The notes under the pieces were generated by a model. The model made no database searches, was not told the DNA's origin, and worked only from the letters and a program-made list of their open reading frames with translations. Source: Candidatus Micrarchaeota archaeon (GTDB lineage: Archaea; B1Sed10-29). From it: DNA of 11,325 bases. Every line of letters begins with the position of its first letter. Within the stretch, counting starts at the first letter, position 1. Made by a program: the position numbers and the translations under genes. Where the stretch lies: the NCBI GenBank assembly GCA_964579265.1, contig CAZOFO010000015.1, positions 3,316 to 14,640 on the forward strand, written 5' to 3'. Positions 9,801 through 11,325 of this stretch are shown piece after piece.

Positions 9801-11324
9801 ATACTGGGTTAAGTCAGACTCATGGCGAACTTTTGGGAGAGTCGCGACTAATAATTTTGCATTGGGTGTAGCACGATCTTTTCTATTAATATCAGTATGT
9901 TCAAGAACATGAGCTTCTATATCGCCTTCTAATTCACGAAGACTATATTTTTTCTGTAAGTGATCTTTAACGGCATCTACAAAATATTCAATATTATCTT
10001 TAACTTTTTCATAGCGTTCTACAAGATGTGTATCACCAAGTTCGCGTGCTTTATCTTGAGCAAACTGAGCAAAACCCCCAATGCTATTTTCATCTATAAC
10101 AATATTTTGTATATCAGATAAGTCTTGTAAATTGTTCTCATTAAAAATACCGAAAGTAAACATTCGCACAAACGAATCTACTTGCTTGTGAGAAAGTCCC
10201 GGAATTTCTACTCTTCGTAATACTTTATCACTTACAAATGCTTCAGAACGAGAATCTAATGGTTGGACATCAGCAAATCTTCCTGTAGATATTTGTTCAA
10301 ATATTCTATCTTTAACGCGTTGTCCACGGAATAAATCTTGAACAAACCGAAGTAAGTCCTGAAAAAACTGTTTAATTTTTCCGGTAAATGTATCTGCATA
10401 TTCAGTATCTAACATGTACTGTCGAAAATCTTCAGCCAATCGTTCTTCAAGAACTTCATTATTAAGCTCTCCATATTCTTGTCTTGCTTCAGCTAATAAG
10501 TCATTGATTTCAGCTTCGCTTAAATATGTTCTGAATACAGCATGGAAAGCTTCGTGGAATTCTGTTCCTTGCTGACTTCTATTAGATGGTTGCAAGTTAG
10601 ACATCATGATGCCATGGCTGTACCCAATGTTTGCCATGGCATCGGCTCCCATAACAAATGCACCATAAGCCTTTGTCCCATCATTAGATAAATTAATAAG
10701 TTTATCTACAACATGGACAGGTGTATTTGGAAGAACAGATTGTAACCAGTTTTTAGCTTGCGTTTGATCTACATATTCATAAGGTTGGGATTCACTATGC
10801 TGTGTTCTAAATCCGGGATTCTTAGGAGTAAAGTTTCTACGCTGCTTCTTTTCAGGTTTTTGAACCTGTTTTGGTTCAGCATGTTCTTGTTTTCTAAGAG
10901 CTTCTATAGCCCTTCTGTTGATTTCTGTTTCATAAGCACCTAACGTATTTTCTTCTGAAGATGCGATTTTATCATAGAATTCCTGATGATTCATCAACGA
11001 ATGTTGATACTCATGTTCTAAAACAAAGTTCTCAAATTCTTGATACGTAGAAAATTCATTCTCAGGTAAAGCTTCTGCTTGACTACCATCTTTTAGTTTT
11101 CTTGGTTTTGTCCAAGCTTTTTCATCAAACTTTTTCTGTAAAAGGTCTCTATTTACAATAATTTGGTTGTTCTTTCTATCAAATTTGGCAGCGCCCTCAA
11201 TTCCGGTTTGAGTACTAATATTTTTACGATCTACTACATCTAAACCTCTATATTTTTCAACACCTTGTGCCTGCTGCTGCGGGGCAACCTCTGGTGAGTC
11301 AACGGGTTGTCCCACATCCTCTCT
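3867..11324 (-). CDS. Giant virion-associated DNA-directed RNA polymerase of crAss-like phage type (phi14:2 gp66-like, both double-psi beta-barrel halves in one chain) with N-terminal zincin-like metallopeptidase domains; 5'-partial
   Basis: The ORF track gives a 2482-aa frame from a GTG at 11315, but the frame stays open to the window edge (AGA GAG GAT GTG), so the true start is probably upstream. Catalytic-loop motif TGSDFDIDK (DFDID at 6387..6401, track aa 1639-1643) is preceded by YRIPNQG (RIPNQ at 6504..6518). Other blocks I recognise from this family are LFTGDPAFYK (GDPAFYK at 7950..7970), TDAQAYISP (TDAQ at 7638..7649), QPIKG, KYS, ETANKVG, GLQQE and DVAKD (5601..5615). HExxH motifs lie at 11001..11015 and 10542..10556. 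The stop is TAA at 3867..3869. Confidence 0.9.
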   Translation of the reverse strand, partial: REDVGQPVDSPEVAPQQQAQGVEKYRGLDVVDRKNISTQTGIEGAAKFDRKNNQIIVNRDLLQKKFDEKAWTKPRKLKDGSQAEALPENEFSTYQEFENFVLEHEYQHSLMNHQEFYDKIASSEENTLGAYETEINRRAIEALRKQEHAEPKQVQKPEKKQRRNFTPKNPGFRTQHSESQPYEYVDQTQAKNWLQSVLPNTPVHVVDKLINLSNDGTKAYGAFVMGADAMANIGYSHGIMMSNLQPSNRSQQGTEFHEAFHAVFRTYLSEAEINDLLAEARQEYGELNNEVLEERLAEDFRQYMLDTEYADTFTGKIKQFFQDLLRFVQDLFRGQRVKDRIFEQISTGRFADVQPLDSRSEAFVSDKVLRRVEIPGLSHKQVDSFVRMFTFGIFNENNLQDLSDIQNIVIDENSIGGFAQFAQDKARELGDTHLVERYEKVKDNIEYFVDAVKDHLQKKYSLRELEGDIEAHVLEHTDINRKDRATPNAKLLVATLPKVRHESDLTQYEMDNILGKKYEYNPDTGMPELVDFDATWNLISKLVSDIPNTSTENVNFSYERDSKASKIIDKLEKTGKYIPELNELADRLKDTGENALPEYKKQQFFSAISKARVNYTTTTVERHGNKNNIRSFDSATNSIENKLIRKWNQDLLFNSQIIKNGNRFNVNNAEQLINEFNNLRSRIKDEEIRSYNSVTTQNMEIDISESLLSDLSSILSELGINLNQNALDYHLDRMQIQNPDQTRGQLLNMLYRDLSLLFDPPKRASVERSLRTLIEEAKDSKKPIQADEYGNIETFMQDESIIRDLAESESIFHEHIGENMSLGAEGNKQYNYSLNSFLTETKNQIKESPEYLLQVQESVYGGNSKYAEYLLDEGRFQQFNVRQKQTIRELNAGDQGVKYAQAKPSDKFVDRVTNTIRGNIQILTPADKSRLFEMTGIPVINSFNGIDANGNIEFTSEVYETMIGYLIDELTRMKTVQTMIDNNRSGHLDENIHKNYQNITVMPSLSPDQISVSDNREMGLYHEGTKKPKPVHEVNLKSNRALRQHIKNKLNEKVQESINDAQRYQVVDENFKNFGFDSDMYNSYRRRTSSTKQAVQSMLTDYTINNIVGNIETTKLFTGDPAFYKDIHDLMKRVPEIIAPRQELMIDEYIGKTFEVAVLRDSNPASTIYDPSSEFFNENLEKFKKSLPRVVKKTDKDGNPIEWANDTEHDNRARDLLSAYSKMEETDAQAYISPHRWRKLMHGLGLWKKEYDASFNRLMNGTQTAEDVALVMQPIKGVYYNMEMDNQTGMMTPRYFKYSQMPLFPSLVENTTELKQLYDKMADQGIDEVMFETANKVGKTNINDLDADVLQTTTLSNEGWGLQQENPSKYHKEGQTNDGTQRRHNIYANIGIENSYNVESHPDGTLNGQSIYQHLQEADIEITRREVDKILEEFDAKDSEGNPRQAKNLDNFYNAVIDQLKEQNIPDNIIEQFERDALGGYNPFDSIIAEKEKIQNVISSMITSRTVDQKHQGGSFIQASVWGMSQKPTDYNALTQDQQNRIIWVIDDQLKPPRYENGEFKPGDIMIPYDAIERIQGVENMNHQQIVDYLNNDPSALEGIAYRIPNQGKASIDSVRITGILPKEMRDTIVMYPDVTTKTGSDFDIDKMYVALPHYRMTKDGIKRVEFHHVNEQEGATNEDLARIYRDRYEPIKALARRLEDRKSEIEQQAVEEGYSITEGVGEDFTTEMYEFFGKKNFDYKEYERVKNKATQVPTLNEFIDNNVGKSSFEVNSKSAIQNYKLELEQSILSSDHHFAEMMTPLDNPWLKNDIQKIYKGRDFNDFELFSSKYQLDYHQNQQEAGQTIGILANHLRDHAIAQMAGNTLSNDLRLFKREEKTRLDRITDEKGYFISDNMNSDINAVLDVAKDDFIVRANVNPFTANTYQLLRRTGMDREWTNRFIGQPIIRRLKELHDIKDSTSSQPLKINGKLVTPEQYVRHEFGNHSYAPVHPWKIPKNKMEDAIQRWLDGEVDQMSGSEQSFQLQVLDSFINIDSYAGKLNDAILASKADVTTPKNIQDAIISEHRLARLQSDKYGIVGFENRFNGTAIGEKYKASVQLLQQITDGLFLENTPGYRNAMENIFQNIKNQYPIRNVRMADNVKHEAFAYIASGSPMANLKQSEVYDLFFGDNSVAKRIFEVQKDENHPFHNTYLFRDFFEVTTSQKGPDIIRTNNTEIRNKDILSNEFYNLWSDENTRQLAEDIATISYYHSGFRQGMHSFHDIIDNRYIHHRDVDFGGYVEAMMGHMQTNNLEGFETQFYKHNADNKTYVPRLPQVGAERLYNNVKVGDTSLGSQQAFILNEEGIKQYAVAEGYEGRLVFPRFISRKEGQDIQLYEHIGDRYTAEGMNYYPVYRRTNKLGYNHRGVKIYEYNMQEDNPHAMQSIISDNNVEHAISDKMVESAINNGDIVERTSFERPLTDQSVPDVTDPSATSVPDNVVQERMRIC
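3875..3879 (-). promoter_or_regulatory. Possible Shine-Dalgarno site for gene 2, embedded in the last codons of gene 1
   Basis: The minus strand reads ...AAT GAGGA TTTGCTAA ATG, placing GAGGA 8 nt before the ATG at 3866. It is a short motif and a single instance. Confidence 0.4.
5601..7970 (-). other. RNA polymerase catalytic core region within gene 1 (approximate bounds)
   Basis: Motif order N to C: GDPAFYK, TDAQ, QPIKG/KYS, ANKVG, GLQQE, GGSFIQ, RIPNQG, GSDFDIDK, GILAN, DVAKD. The DxDxD triad corresponds to the Mg-binding DFDGD loop of two-barrel polymerases; the DFDID variant is characteristic of crAss-like phage RNAPs. Confidence 0.85.
10270..10770 (-). other. Zincin-like metallopeptidase domain B (MPTase type) in gene 1 (approximate bounds)
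   Basis: AYGAF...GTEFHEAFHAVF (H254-H258, 10542..10556) is followed by LEERLAEDF (E290/E291 at 10443..10448) and the amphipathic helix FTGKIKQFFQDLLRFVQDLF. This is the typical HExxH...EExxA pattern. Confidence 0.8.
10608..10643. repeat. Perfect 11-bp inverted repeat with 14-nt spacer (GATGCCATGGC-N14-GCCATGGCATC)
   Basis: Arms are at 10608..10618 and 10633..10643, each 7/11 GC in an AT-rich gene. Its presence is certain; its function is unknown. Confidence 0.55.
10890..11250 (-). other. Putative small zincin-like metallopeptidase domain A in gene 1 (approximate bounds)
   Basis: The beta-strand-like segment GAAKFDRKNNQIIVN is followed by FVLEHEYQHSL (H101-H105, 11001..11015) and a downstream helix AYETEINRRA with candidate third ligand E129. 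Low-complexity Q/P/K-rich linkers flank it. Confidence 0.55.
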
Positions 11325-11325
11325 T

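Noticed and set aside
4228..10943. Eight short plus-strand ORFs from the track (61-144 aa), including 7510..7944
   Set aside because: All lie antisense within the RNAP gene. Their S/L/I/F/C-rich composition is what the reverse complement of an AT-rich coding strand gives, and none has a recognisable motif.
1..11325. Stop-codon reassignment (TAG to Gln or TGA to Trp), known in some crAss-like phages
   Set aside because: No in-frame TAG or TGA occurs in 3773 codons, and both genes read through under the standard code. The only stop seen is TAA, so nothing here supports recoding.
1..11325. tRNA, rRNA, CRISPR array, terminator or mobile element
   Set aside because: There is no intergenic space, no regularly spaced repeats, no hairpin-plus-U-tract at a gene end, and no transposase or integrase motif.

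Overview
The window is AT-rich and fully coding on the minus strand, with two very large genes in the same reading frame separated only by TAA-ATG. Gene 1 (3867..>11324, at least 2485 codons, 5' end outside the window) encodes a single-chain two-barrel RNA polymerase of the crAss-like phage virion type. It has RIPNQ...GSDFDIDK catalytic motifs like phi14:2 gp66 and two HExxH zincin-like metallopeptidase domains near the visible N-terminus. Gene 2 (<1..3866, at least 1288 codons, 3' end outside the window) is missing from the ORF track because it has no stop in the window. I translated it by hand: it begins MSICPNKNLPEW, then has a third HExxH zincin domain, a long helical region and a C-terminal region with hydrophobic or amphipathic helices. 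This fits the virion cargo/ejection-protein module of a Crassvirales-related phage. The most striking observation is that the 3773 visible sense codons contain only two cysteines: the last residue of protein 1 and residue 4 of protein 2, on either side of the shared junction. This suggests a head-to-tail Cys link between ejected proteins. All family assignments come from motif recognition, not database searches.
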